Part shown: positions 9,175 to 18,938 of the stretch, in pieces
How positions within the stretch are numbered: position 1 is the stretch's first letter
How the letters are laid out: each line of letters opens with the position of its first letter
Origin: a virus
Taxonomy: Duplodnaviria > Caudoviricetes
Length of the DNA: 53,490 nucleotides
Direction: 5' to 3' (one strand)
IMG/VR virus record: IMGVR_UViG_3300032116_000274
Span: 1 to 53,490 of that record
Position numbers and translations under genes: made by a program
Notes under the pieces: generated by a model
Databases searched by the model: none
Seen by the model: only the letters and a program-made list of their open reading frames with translations
What the model was told of the DNA's origin: nothing

Positions 9175-10450
9175 GCATTTTGTGGTTGACACCACTCGAG
9201 ACACTCTTGTTCCTGATATGCGACTGTATCAGCTTGACTTGAGCGAGCCTGTGATGCAGAGCGTAGCTGCTGGTGAGTTTGATGATGAAGACATGAAGCT
9301 GTTGCCCAGCTGGAGCAAGTTTGCAGCACACCCACAAAAGGCCAAAGGCTTTTTTGTTCGTATGCTGGAAACAGTTTTCTTGGGCAAGCATGGTGTTGAC
9401 AAAGCCAACACTGACCTTCAAACCCAGAATTGGTTTGGACGAGAAAAGCAAAAAACAGCCATGATGTTTGTGCCTGGCAGTACCAAAGTGCAGGATGGTC
9501 AGCTGGCTGCTATTGGTGTGATTGCCCAAAGTGCTCTTCCTGCTTGGCGTGTGATTGTTCTGGGTGGCAATATCCTTGTGGGTGGTCAAAAAGTACGTAA
9601 TGCCAATGCAGAACAAAAAGTGCTGGAACAGATTGAACAAGCTGTGAAACTCAATCAAAGTGTGTTGATTATCAGCAGCTTGATGGCACAACGCAGCTTC
9701 AGTATTCCACAGATTACTGAGCTGTATCTGGCCTACGACAGTGGTGAGGTGGGCGCCACGATTCAAAAAATGAGTCGAGTGCTTACGCCTGGTCGTGATC
9801 CCAACAAAGTTGGCAAGATCATCAGTCTCAGTTTTGATCCCAACCGAGACGACAAATTTGACAGCATGCTCTTGGAAACTACATTCAACATCACAAAGCA
9901 GAACCCCAAGCGGAGTGCTGCTGAGGTGTTGAGCGAGGTTCTCAGCACTGTAGACATTTGGAAAGGCAGTGCACATTCCAGTGTGCAAGTCAACAAGGAC
10001 GCATATCTTTCACAAGTGCTTGCCCGTAAAAGTGTCAGTCGTGTTATTGGCAGCACTGCTGATCTTTCGCAGCTGGACCGAGACTGTATCCGAGAGTTGG
10101 CTACTGGTGTGGTTGCATATCAGCGTGCCAATCCTGTGGCAGCCGTTCCCAAAGGCAAGACCAAAATCATGCCCAAAAAGGCCAAATCCACCAAAGACAA
10201 GGATACAGCCCTGAATGAAATGCGGAAAGCACGTGAACGGATCACAGCTATTGTGGAAAACATTGATGTGATCCGGGACGGCAGCGGTTGCTTGCTGCTT
10301 CAAGACGCTCTTGAAGCCATTGAGCATGATCCTGATACACAAGAAAGCATTGCAGAAGAGTTTGGTGTGCGCTGGGAAACAGTTCAGAGGCTGTTTGATC
10401 AAGGCATTATCAAGCGCCAATGGCTGGAACTGATTTACGATAAGGTATGA
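9167..10450 (+). CDS. C-terminal half of the SF2 restriction-type helicase plus helical tail
   Basis: ATG 9167 has RBS AAGGGA and overlaps the upstream stop. Motif V-like SSLMAQRSFSIP and motif VI-like QKMSRVLTP. Confidence 0.65.
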   Translation: MLKHFVVDTTRDTLVPDMRLYQLDLSEPVMQSVAAGEFDDEDMKLLPSWSKFAAHPQKAKGFFVRMLETVFLGKHGVDKANTDLQTQNWFGREKQKTAMMFVPGSTKVQDGQLAAIGVIAQSALPAWRVIVLGGNILVGGQKVRNANAEQKVLEQIEQAVKLNQSVLIISSLMAQRSFSIPQITELYLAYDSGEVGATIQKMSRVLTPGRDPNKVGKIISLSFDPNRDDKFDSMLLETTFNITKQNPKRSAAEVLSEVLSTVDIWKGSAHSSVQVNKDAYLSQVLARKSVSRVIGSTADLSQLDRDCIRELATGVVAYQRANPVAAVPKGKTKIMPKKAKSTKDKDTALNEMRKARERITAIVENIDVIRDGSGCLLLQDALEAIEHDPDTQESIAEEFGVRWETVQRLFDQGIIKRQWLELIYDKV

Positions 10451-10454
10451 ACGT

Positions 10455-11690
10455 ATGCTTAGCCGTCTTAAATTTGAAATCCAACCACTTGTGAGCCAAA
10501 TGCTGGATCAGCTTCCAGCCAAGGTATGGGAAAGTTCAGAAACCACTTTTCTTGACCCAGCAATGGGTGGTGGACAGTTTTTGGTTGAAATTCAACGCCG
10601 CCTACAAGCTGCTGGTCATACAGATGAAAACATTGCTGCAAGGGTGTATGGTTGTGAGAAGAACAAACTTTGTGTAAATTATGCAAAGAACAACAAAAAG
10701 TTGGTGAGCAGTAATCTTCACATCAGCAATTTTTTGGATTATGATTGGGGTGATATGAAATTTGATGTGATTGTTGGTAACCCGCCTTACCAAAGTACAG
10801 AATCTGCACAAAAAAAGCTGTGGCCACTTTTTATTGAAAACTCCTTTGATATTGTTGCACCAAATGGATACATTGCTATGGTAACACCTGCCAGTTGGTT
10901 GGGGCGTCCTGATGGCAAAAGCTATGACAACCTGACCAAGAACATTTTTGCGCAAAATCATCTGGCTTGGGTGTTGTCCGACACCAAACAGTATTTTGAC
11001 ATTGGAGAAACTGTGGCAGCATGGTTGCTGCATTGTAATGGAGCACCGTCAAGGCCCACAAGGTTGGTCAGCAACGGGGTTGAAACACAAGTTCAATATC
11101 AAGGGCAGCAAGTGGCTTTGACTCCAGAGCAAGCTCTTGCCTATGCGATCATGAGCAAAGTTGACAACTATCATGCCCCAAGGCTCAGAAGCATTACATA
11201 CAATGATGTTCAAGGCAAAAGTCTCGAGCATTATTTGACAACCAAAGTGTTGTTTGAAAAAAATGGAAAAGGCCGGGTTCCAGTTTTTTGGACCGCAGCC
11301 AACAAAGACAAATATTTCACAGCCCAAGAAAATCAAAAACAAGGTTTGAAGATTATCTTGAATCTCAGCGGCTACTATTACTTGGAATCAGAGCCCCACA
11401 AATATATGTTGATTGATAGCAACAACAAGTATGCTATTGGCGCAGGAAGTCTAGGCCTTCCAATGCCTGACGAAAAAAGTGCAAAGAATTGTTGGAGTTT
11501 TTTGACAAGCAAGCTGTATCAATTTTATATCAACAATGAAAAAACCAGCGGGTTCAATACCGGGATTATCAAACTGCCTTTGTTGGATGTATCTAAGTCC
11601 TGGACTGATGACAAGCTGTGTAAGCTATTTGGTCTCTCCACAACTGAACAAGAGTTTGTCTACAACAATTATCAAAAAAAGACTGCATAG
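10455..11690 (+). CDS. N6-adenine DNA methyltransferase, gamma class (Eco57I-like), copy A
   Basis: Motif I FLDPAMGGGQF and motif IV VIVGNPPY, followed by a target-recognition region. Confidence 0.9.
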   Translation: MLSRLKFEIQPLVSQMLDQLPAKVWESSETTFLDPAMGGGQFLVEIQRRLQAAGHTDENIAARVYGCEKNKLCVNYAKNNKKLVSSNLHISNFLDYDWGDMKFDVIVGNPPYQSTESAQKKLWPLFIENSFDIVAPNGYIAMVTPASWLGRPDGKSYDNLTKNIFAQNHLAWVLSDTKQYFDIGETVAAWLLHCNGAPSRPTRLVSNGVETQVQYQGQQVALTPEQALAYAIMSKVDNYHAPRLRSITYNDVQGKSLEHYLTTKVLFEKNGKGRVPVFWTAANKDKYFTAQENQKQGLKIILNLSGYYYLESEPHKYMLIDSNNKYAIGAGSLGLPMPDEKSAKNCWSFLTSKLYQFYINNEKTSGFNTGIIKLPLLDVSKSWTDDKLCKLFGLSTTEQEFVYNNYQKKTA

Positions 11691-12512
11691 CAATTGTTGT
11701 CTTGCATGAATATAATCAGTACAGGAGAGAGTTCCATGAGCGATATTTTAAGCGGGGAATTTGATACAGCAGTTCTCTCAAAAGAAGAGAAAAAGAAACA
11801 ATTTGGTGAAGTGTTCACTCCCCCAGAACTGGTAAATGAGATCTTGGATCAACTGCCAACAGAAATATGGCAAGATCCAACAAAAACATGGCTAGACAAC
11901 AGTTGTGGTGAAGGCGCATTTTTGGTTGAAGTGAAAAAACGGCTTATGGAGGGGTTGGCAGCTTGGCAGCCAGATCCTGGGTTGCGGGAACGTCATATTT
12001 TGGAAAACCAAATCTATGGTGTTGAACTGCAACGAGACAATTGGGAAAAATGCAGACAAAAATTGGGTCTCTCTCCCACAGGCAATGATGGTAACATTGT
12101 GTGTGCAGATGGATTGCTCTACAACTACACTTTCTTGAAGGACAGTAATGGCGGTTACGTGATCTCTGATAACACGTTTGATTCACTTTTTCAATAAGAC
12201 TTTGTTGACGTAATTGTGTCTTGTGTAATTATACCAATAACACTTTTTGTAGAGATAGTGATGCTGGGTCGCTTGAAATTTGAGATCAAACCTCTAGTAA
12301 ATGAGATTTTGGATAATCTGCCTCACGAAATCTGGCAAAGTAGCACTACAACTTTTCTTGATCCTGCTATGGGCGGCGGACAGTTTTTGGTGGAAATCCA
12401 GCAACGACTTCGAGACCAAGGCCACAGTGATGAAAACATCAGCTCTAGGGTGTGGGGTTGTGAGAAGAACAAACTTCGTGTAAATTATGCAAAGAACAAC
12501 AAAAAGTTGGTG
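10650..12512 (+). repeat. 57-bp near-identical direct repeat shared by the two MTases (10650-10706 / 12456-12512)
   Basis: GGTTGTGAGAAGAACAAACTT(T/C)GTGTAAATTATGCAAAGAACAACAAAAAGTTGGTG, one mismatch. Confidence 0.9.
11736..12197 (+). CDS. Half-methyltransferase (SAM-binding part only, no NPPY)
   Basis: Motif X QFGEVFTPPELV, motif I WLDNSCGEGAF, IYGVEL and NIVCADGL; ends before motif IV; own RBS AGGAG. Confidence 0.8.
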   Translation: MSDILSGEFDTAVLSKEEKKKQFGEVFTPPELVNEILDQLPTEIWQDPTKTWLDNSCGEGAFLVEVKKRLMEGLAAWQPDPGLRERHILENQIYGVELQRDNWEKCRQKLGLSPTGNDGNIVCADGLLYNYTFLKDSNGGYVISDNTFDSLFQ

Positions 12513-13379
12513 TGTAATAATCTATACGTCTCTGACTTTTTGAGTCGTGATTGGGGTAATATGAAATTTGATGTAGTTGTAGGCAATCCGCCCTATCAGA
12601 ACATTCATGGCGCCAAAAGATGGCCAATTTGGCATGAGTTTGTTGTTAACTCGTGTGAGCTCAGCAACCAGTATGTGATGTTGGTTACTCCCAACAGTTG
12701 GATAGGGGCAAGCAACAGTGAGGCCAAAGACCTGATTTGGAAAAACATCACAAAAGCCAGTCTCAGTGTAGACAAATACTTCAATGTTGGATCAACGTTC
12801 AGTTGGTTTTTCTTGGATCTCAACAACACATCAAGTGTTTTTGATGTCACAACCCCTTCTGGTATGTTCTCTGTAAGCAAATCAACCGAATGGTTGCCAG
12901 CCACAATCTCAGAAGCTTCCTTAAGCATCAACCAAAAAGTTTTTTCCAGGGCTGGCTTTGGATTCAAACGAGGAGAATGTCACACCAGCAACAAAGAAAA
13001 GTTCAGTGACAAAGGACATGAAGTTTTTCACACCCATGCACAAACGTTGTATATGAAAAGCAAGCCCTCCAACTTTGGCAGCTACAAGGTTGCATTCTCC
13101 TTGAGCGGAGATATCCGTCCCAGGATTGGAAAGGATTTTGGTGTAAGCCAAGCAGTTGCTTACTTGAAAATTCAAGAAACTCAAGCCAGTAATGCAGAGG
13201 CGGTTTTCAATAGCCAATTGTTTCGTTGGATTCTTCAAAACAACAAATGGAGCGGGTGGAACAGTTTGGATGTAATCAAAAGGCTGCCTTTTGTGGACTT
13301 GAGCAGCAGTTGGGATGACCAAAAACTATTTGACTACTTCCAACTTTCATCAGATGAAATTTCACACATAACAGCATAA
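12261..13379 (+). CDS. N6-adenine DNA methyltransferase, gamma class, copy B
   Basis: MLGRLKFEIK start paralogous to copy A; FLDPAMGGGQF and VVVGNPPY; C-terminal region differs from copy A. Confidence 0.9.
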   Translation: MLGRLKFEIKPLVNEILDNLPHEIWQSSTTTFLDPAMGGGQFLVEIQQRLRDQGHSDENISSRVWGCEKNKLRVNYAKNNKKLVCNNLYVSDFLSRDWGNMKFDVVVGNPPYQNIHGAKRWPIWHEFVVNSCELSNQYVMLVTPNSWIGASNSEAKDLIWKNITKASLSVDKYFNVGSTFSWFFLDLNNTSSVFDVTTPSGMFSVSKSTEWLPATISEASLSINQKVFSRAGFGFKRGECHTSNKEKFSDKGHEVFHTHAQTLYMKSKPSNFGSYKVAFSLSGDIRPRIGKDFGVSQAVAYLKIQETQASNAEAVFNSQLFRWILQNNKWSGWNSLDVIKRLPFVDLSSSWDDQKLFDYFQLSSDEISHITA

Positions 13380-13438
13380 AATCAGGAACACACTGGCATA
13401 TTCTGTAATCATAAATATCCCCACAAGGGGATATTTTC

Positions 13439-14200
13439 ATGAGCAGCACACTGGATTTGAAGCAAGGAATCATAGATGACGTTACCCGATTACTCGGGGG
13501 CTCAATGGTGGAAGTGGAATTGGACCCAGGAGATTTTCAACTGGCGCTTCAGATTGCTCTCGATCGTTATCGTCAACGCAGCTCCAATGCAGTGGAAGAA
13601 GCATATGCTTTCTTGGAAATGCAACCTGAAACAACAGAGTATTACCTCCCACAAGAAATTGTTGATGTAAGGCAAATCTTTCGCAGAGGCTTGGGCGGTA
13701 ACACTGGTGGCACTTATATTGATCCCTTCAGTTTAGCTTATACCAATCTCTACCTCCTGCAAGCTGGAGCAGGAGGCGGCTATTCAGCAGGCTTGTTGAC
13801 TTTTGAACTCTTTTATCAGTATCAGGAGCAAGCTGGCCGGATGTTTGGTCGCGATATCAACTATCATTTCAATACCGTAACCAAAAAGCTTACCATTATT
13901 CGCCGATTGCTCAGTGATGAAACTGTGCTGTTATGGGTCAACAAAATGAAGCCTGACGACATGATTATCTTGGATCCTTTCAGTAAGCCTTGGATCAGAA
14001 GTTATACTTTGGCAGTGGCCAAAGGCATGCTGGGAGAAGCTTACAGCAAGTTTGGCCAGATAATTGGCCCACAAGGTGGTTCTACGCTCAAAGGCGATGC
14101 TCTCAAGACTGAATCAGTTGCAGAGATCGAAAAACTAGACCTTGAACTCTTGCAATATGTGGATAACGGAACTCCATCCAGCTTTGTAATTTTGGGTTAA
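13439..14200 (+). CDS. Neck protein, T4 gp13-like
   Basis: LLGGSMVEVEL...WIRSYTLAVAKGMLGEAYSKF...GPQGG...LKG; late promoter at 13412. Confidence 0.8.
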   Translation: MSSTLDLKQGIIDDVTRLLGGSMVEVELDPGDFQLALQIALDRYRQRSSNAVEEAYAFLEMQPETTEYYLPQEIVDVRQIFRRGLGGNTGGTYIDPFSLAYTNLYLLQAGAGGGYSAGLLTFELFYQYQEQAGRMFGRDINYHFNTVTKKLTIIRRLLSDETVLLWVNKMKPDDMIILDPFSKPWIRSYTLAVAKGMLGEAYSKFGQIIGPQGGSTLKGDALKTESVAEIEKLDLELLQYVDNGTPSSFVILG

Positions 14201-14239
14201 AAACTCAATTTATACTTGAAACTTGTTTATACTAGCCTT

Positions 14240-14884
14240 ATGAAAAACATCATAGGGCTAGTGGGATTTCAAGGCAGTGGCAAAGATACTGTGGGACAAA
14301 TCATTAAGGAACTATATCCAGGTTTCACAACCACAAGTTTTGCCAAACCCATCAAAAGTGCACTCAGCAGCATGTTTGGCTGGAACGCCAAGCTTTTGGA
14401 AGGCACAACACAAGAAAGTAGAGTTTGGCGAGAAACTCAAGACACTTTTTGGACAGAAAAGCTGGGCAAGCCCATTACTCCTCGTTTGATGATGCGAGAG
14501 TTTGGCACAGAATTGATTCGCAATCAACTCTCTCAAGACTTTTGGACCCATCGTTGTGAAAAATTCCTAAATGAATCAAAAAAGTCAGTTGTAATAACTG
14601 ATGTGAGATTTTTGAATGAAATTCAAATGATCAAGAGTCTTGGTGGCACAATCGTTTGGGTCAAACGAGACCCATTGCCTGACTATTACAATCAAGCCCT
14701 TTGGTTCAATCAACAATCCAAACTTGTTCAATTTGTAGCTGGACCATTTTTGAGAAAGATCTATGGAGTTCATAGGAGTGAACGTGACTGGATAGGCACA
14801 AAGTTTGATCATACTATCGTAAATAATAGTTCAATTCAAGACTTGACTCGAAACGTAACTGCATTTATGGAGACGCTGAAGTGA
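14240..14884 (+). CDS. Deoxynucleoside monophosphate kinase (T4 gp1-like)
   Basis: IIGLVGFQGSGKDT, SFAKPIK, TPRLMMREFGTE, VVITDVRFLNE and HRSE. Confidence 0.92.
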   Translation: MKNIIGLVGFQGSGKDTVGQIIKELYPGFTTTSFAKPIKSALSSMFGWNAKLLEGTTQESRVWRETQDTFWTEKLGKPITPRLMMREFGTELIRNQLSQDFWTHRCEKFLNESKKSVVITDVRFLNEIQMIKSLGGTIVWVKRDPLPDYYNQALWFNQQSKLVQFVAGPFLRKIYGVHRSERDWIGTKFDHTIVNNSSIQDLTRNVTAFMETLK

Positions 14885-15129
14885 CAACCTTGCCCAAACC
14901 CGATGACATCGTATATGTCCCAGATACGGAAGATCAGACGTTAAATTGGAAATTTCATGGGGGGTGGGCACAAGTTGGCAGAGTGCTAGTTGGCTTAGTA
15001 GAAGACCAAGAGAAAGTTTGGGTATCAGTGCGTGAATTTGGTGCATTGACATTTGAATGGAAAGAACTAGCTGAAAAACAAGAAGTTCTCCAGGAACAAT
15101 TCAACTATATTCACGCCGGACCACGCTGA
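14881..15129 (+). CDS. Hypothetical protein
   Basis: GTGA overlap with the kinase stop; RBS GGAG. Confidence 0.65.
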   Translation: MTTLPKPDDIVYVPDTEDQTLNWKFHGGWAQVGRVLVGLVEDQEKVWVSVREFGALTFEWKELAEKQEVLQEQFNYIHAGPR

Positions 15130-15194
15130 CTGAAACAGGGCTTTTTCAGCCCCTTTTCATAAATATCCTACAAGATATTTTTGATGAGGTACAA

Positions 15195-18100
15195 ATGGCC
15201 AATCTAACAAGCCCTGGAGTTCAAGTACAAGTAATAGATGAGAGTTTTTATGCCAGTTCGGGCCCTGGCACAGTACCATTCATTATGATGGCTACTGCAC
15301 AAGACAAGCCTCAACCAGGCAACACCACTAGCGTTGCTGCTGGAACAATCAAAGCCAATGCTGGAAAGCTTTACAGAATCACCAGCCAGAGAGAATTGCT
15401 TCAAACTTTTGGCAATCCCAAATTTTATACCCAAGCTGGCACGCCACAGCATGGTAACGAACTAAATGAGTATGGGTTGTATTCAGCTTACCAATACTTG
15501 GGCTTGGCCAACAGCGCCTATGTTATGCGGGCTGATGTGGACTTGGCTGATCTAGCGCCAACAGGAACAGAACCTGTTGGAGAGCCAGTAAATGGCGACT
15601 ATTGGTTGGACTTGACTGAAACCTCCTGGGGCTTGTTTAGGAGCAATGGCAATGTCAACAGCGGTTTGGCATGGGGAGCATTGCGCCCCAAAGTAATTGA
15701 CACTGCATCACAGCTTCAACGAATTGTTCAATGCTTCCGTGAAACACAGTGCACTAATCCCAATCTCTCTATCGTGACTCCTGGTGGTAATGGCACACTA
15801 ACAATTGCAGGTGTGCAAATAACCATAGGGTTGACTGACACTTTGAACACCATAGTTCAGACAATCAACAGCAATACTACCTTGAGCAAGAAAGGCATCA
15901 AAGCTGAGATTTACAGCCGACTTGAAAAGCTTAAGGTTGTGGCACCTGCGGTGCCTACCGAAACCACGGTCTACAATCTCCGGTTGGTGGGCAGTGATAT
16001 CAATGTGGAAATCAGTGTAGATTCAGCACCAATTTCCTTGCTTACTGATCTAGGTTTTGTCAACTCACAAATTGCACCTTTGGCCAACAACAAACCACAG
16101 CACAATTACATTGTGCCCTTGAATGAATTTGGCACAAATGGTGATTTGGCTGTGAATGCAGTAAGTGTTGTAAAAGGTCTCAGCAACACTGTTTTGGTGC
16201 CCTCAGTGCAAATTTTTGAAAAAGTCAGCCAAACAACAGCTCAAGGAACAGTAAGTCGCTGGTATCCAGTGGGTGGCACTGAAACTGACTATCCTGGGCA
16301 CAGTTGGGCAGCAGCATCACCCACTGTTGTCAGCAGTGGTGAACCAGTTATAGGCCCATTTGTAACCGGAACAAGTACACTTTTTCATATTGTGGGTGCT
16401 ACTACTACATCTTATACTATCAATGTGCCCAACACTACCTTAGAGGCGTTTGTTACCAATATCAATACTCAGTTGGCTGCAACACAAATTTTAGCCACAA
16501 CATTCACTGTTGGAACAAACAAGTACCTGCGACTAACTGACTACAGCGGCAATACTATCCAATTACTAGATACAACTACCAGCAGTGGATTGGGTGGATT
16601 TGCCACTGCAAAGATGAACATTTCAAGCACATATTACAAAAGTGTAACAGGATCGGTTGTAAACCCCTCATTTGTGAGTAGTGCTGCTCCCCCAGCACCA
16701 CTTACACAAATTATAACTATTACAGCTGGCTATGGCGTAGGAAGTGTTACTGCAAATATAAATGTTGCCAATCAAGCTCCTGCAATCACAACACTGGATG
16801 ATGTAGTTGCGAAAATCAATGCAGATTCTATAGTGGGTTTAACAAACTTGGTAAAGGCTGAAAAAACAGCTGACAATAGACTTCGAATCTATAGTCCTAC
16901 CGGCACTTTGTTTTCGCTGTCAAATGCTGTGGGATATGCAGGCACTGCACCCTTAGTATCTGCTGGCATTCCTACTGGAATAACTTATGGTAATAGCTTG
17001 GTTTATCAAGGCTACAGCGTGGGCACACCACAACCAGCTGAATTGAGCCAAATTGCAGCCGGTAACATTTGGGTCAACACTGTAAGCGGGAATCGCGGTG
17101 CCAACTATGTTGTCAAGAGATACAACAGCGGTACAAACATTTGGAACAAGCGTTTGGCTCCTTTGTATGCAAACGACGCCAGTGCCACTGCTGGATATGG
17201 TGCAAATCGCACAGTAGGCAGCATCTACGTCCGCTATAATGAAACTGGTCCAGAAGTACAAGACCAAACTGGTGTATTCTTGGTGAAAATTTGGGATGGC
17301 ACCGCATGGACTACTATTCCTGATTATGTCATAAGTACAGCAGACTTTGGAGATAAATACACTCAAAGCAGCTCTACGCCCAGTGGCTTGCCTGAAGATG
17401 GCACACTGTGGTATAATGCCAATTTGAGAGTTGATTTGATGGTAAGCGATGGCAGCATTTGGAAAGGCTATCGCCAACTCTATACAGAAACTGATCCCAA
17501 TGGCCCAATCCTTAGCGCAACTGCACCCACTACACAGTCTGGTGGCTTGCCATTGGTTGACAACGACATTTGGATTGACACAAGTGACCTAGAAAATTAT
17601 CCCAAGATCTACAAAAGAGATGCGTTCAACAGCCAGTGGCTATTGGTAGACAACACTGACCAAAGCAGCAGCAATGGCATCTTGTTTGCTGACGCACGCT
17701 GGACTGCAAATGGCACCAGCACAGGCAGTCAAGCCATTGTGGACATGTTGTTGAGCGATACTGTAGATCCTGATGCTCCCAGTGCATTGCCTTATCCTTT
17801 TGGATTACTGCTGTTCAACACACGCTACAGCTTTGGTAATGTCAAAACCTACAAAGTAAATTACCTACCGGCATCTGTGAATAACCAACCTAACTACGAC
17901 AGAAATCGTTGGGTAACCGCAAGTGGACTTATGAACACGGGTGCACCGTACATGTTGCGCAAGGCTCAAAGACAGCTGATTGTTACTGCTATGGCCAGTG
18001 CATTGGCAGCAAGTCAAGAACTGCGGAGTGAAAGCAATGTGTTCAACTTAATGGCTGTGCCTGCATATCCTGAGCTTTTGGACGAAATGGTTACTTTGAA

Positions 18101-18890
18101 CACAGACAAAAAAGATGTTGCGTTCATTGTTGTTGATACCCCAGCTCGCTTGCAACCCGATGGCACAAGTATCCAAAACTGGGCCACAAATGCAGCCAAT
18201 GCAGTAGGCAATGGTGAAGAGGCTTTGACTACTGCTACACGTTATGGTGGTGTCTATTATCCTTGGGGCTTGGCCACAAACATTGACGGCACACAAATAT
18301 TTGTGCCGCCCAGCATGACCATCCTACGCACTATTGCATTTAACGACCAAGTGGCTTACCCTTGGTTTGCCCCTGCAGGATTCACACGCGGACTTGTTAG
18401 TGCAGTTAGCAGTGTGGGTTACTTGAATGCAGAGAATGAGTATGTTCCTGTTGCATTGAGTCAAGGACAACGTGACACCTTGTACCAAAACAAAATCAAT
18501 CCCATTGCATTCATTCCTGGACGTGGCTTGGTTGTATATGGTCAGAAAACTCTCAGCCCCTTGAGCAGTGCACTGGATCGAGTGAATGTGGCACGTTTGA
18601 TCAACTATTTGAATTATCAATTGGATATTTTGGCCAAACCCTTCTTGTTTGAGCCCAATGACAAACAAACACGTGACAGTGTGGCTCGCACTTTTGAAAG
18701 CTTCTTTGGTGACTTGGTAAGCTTGCGTGCAGTGTATGACTTCGCCGTTGTTTGTGATGAGTCAAATAACACACCTACACGTATTGATCGCAATGAGTTG
18801 TGGATTGATGTGGCTGTAAAACCCACTAAAGCAATTGAATTCATTTACATACCATTGCGAATTTTGAACACTGGCGATCCATTGCCATAA
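15195..18890 (+). CDS. Contractile tail sheath protein (gp18-like) with large internal insertions
   Basis: LTSPGVQVQVIDES N-terminus; PWFAPAGFTRG, LYQNKINPI, YGQKTL, DRVNVARL, FEPND, CDESNNTP and PTKAIEFIYI. Confidence 0.95.
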   Translation: MANLTSPGVQVQVIDESFYASSGPGTVPFIMMATAQDKPQPGNTTSVAAGTIKANAGKLYRITSQRELLQTFGNPKFYTQAGTPQHGNELNEYGLYSAYQYLGLANSAYVMRADVDLADLAPTGTEPVGEPVNGDYWLDLTETSWGLFRSNGNVNSGLAWGALRPKVIDTASQLQRIVQCFRETQCTNPNLSIVTPGGNGTLTIAGVQITIGLTDTLNTIVQTINSNTTLSKKGIKAEIYSRLEKLKVVAPAVPTETTVYNLRLVGSDINVEISVDSAPISLLTDLGFVNSQIAPLANNKPQHNYIVPLNEFGTNGDLAVNAVSVVKGLSNTVLVPSVQIFEKVSQTTAQGTVSRWYPVGGTETDYPGHSWAAASPTVVSSGEPVIGPFVTGTSTLFHIVGATTTSYTINVPNTTLEAFVTNINTQLAATQILATTFTVGTNKYLRLTDYSGNTIQLLDTTTSSGLGGFATAKMNISSTYYKSVTGSVVNPSFVSSAAPPAPLTQIITITAGYGVGSVTANINVANQAPAITTLDDVVAKINADSIVGLTNLVKAEKTADNRLRIYSPTGTLFSLSNAVGYAGTAPLVSAGIPTGITYGNSLVYQGYSVGTPQPAELSQIAAGNIWVNTVSGNRGANYVVKRYNSGTNIWNKRLAPLYANDASATAGYGANRTVGSIYVRYNETGPEVQDQTGVFLVKIWDGTAWTTIPDYVISTADFGDKYTQSSSTPSGLPEDGTLWYNANLRVDLMVSDGSIWKGYRQLYTETDPNGPILSATAPTTQSGGLPLVDNDIWIDTSDLENYPKIYKRDAFNSQWLLVDNTDQSSSNGILFADARWTANGTSTGSQAIVDMLLSDTVDPDAPSALPYPFGLLLFNTRYSFGNVKTYKVNYLPASVNNQPNYDRNRWVTASGLMNTGAPYMLRKAQRQLIVTAMASALAASQELRSESNVFNLMAVPAYPELLDEMVTLNTDKKDVAFIVVDTPARLQPDGTSIQNWATNAANAVGNGEEALTTATRYGGVYYPWGLATNIDGTQIFVPPSMTILRTIAFNDQVAYPWFAPAGFTRGLVSAVSSVGYLNAENEYVPVALSQGQRDTLYQNKINPIAFIPGRGLVVYGQKTLSPLSSALDRVNVARLINYLNYQLDILAKPFLFEPNDKQTRDSVARTFESFFGDLVSLRAVYDFAVVCDESNNTPTRIDRNELWIDVAVKPTKAIEFIYIPLRILNTGDPLP

Positions 18891-18909
18891 TATTTGAATC
18901 TATAACAAG

Positions 18910-18938
18910 AAAAACCGGAGCTCACTGCTCCGGTTTTT
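18910..18938. terminator. Bidirectional intrinsic terminator
   Basis: AAAAACCGGAGC-tcact-GCTCCGGTTTTT between convergent genes. Confidence 0.85.

Noticed and set aside
8194-13379. BREX or DISARM assignment
   Set aside because: No PglZ, BrxC, DrmA/B or PLD partner genes are visible in the window.
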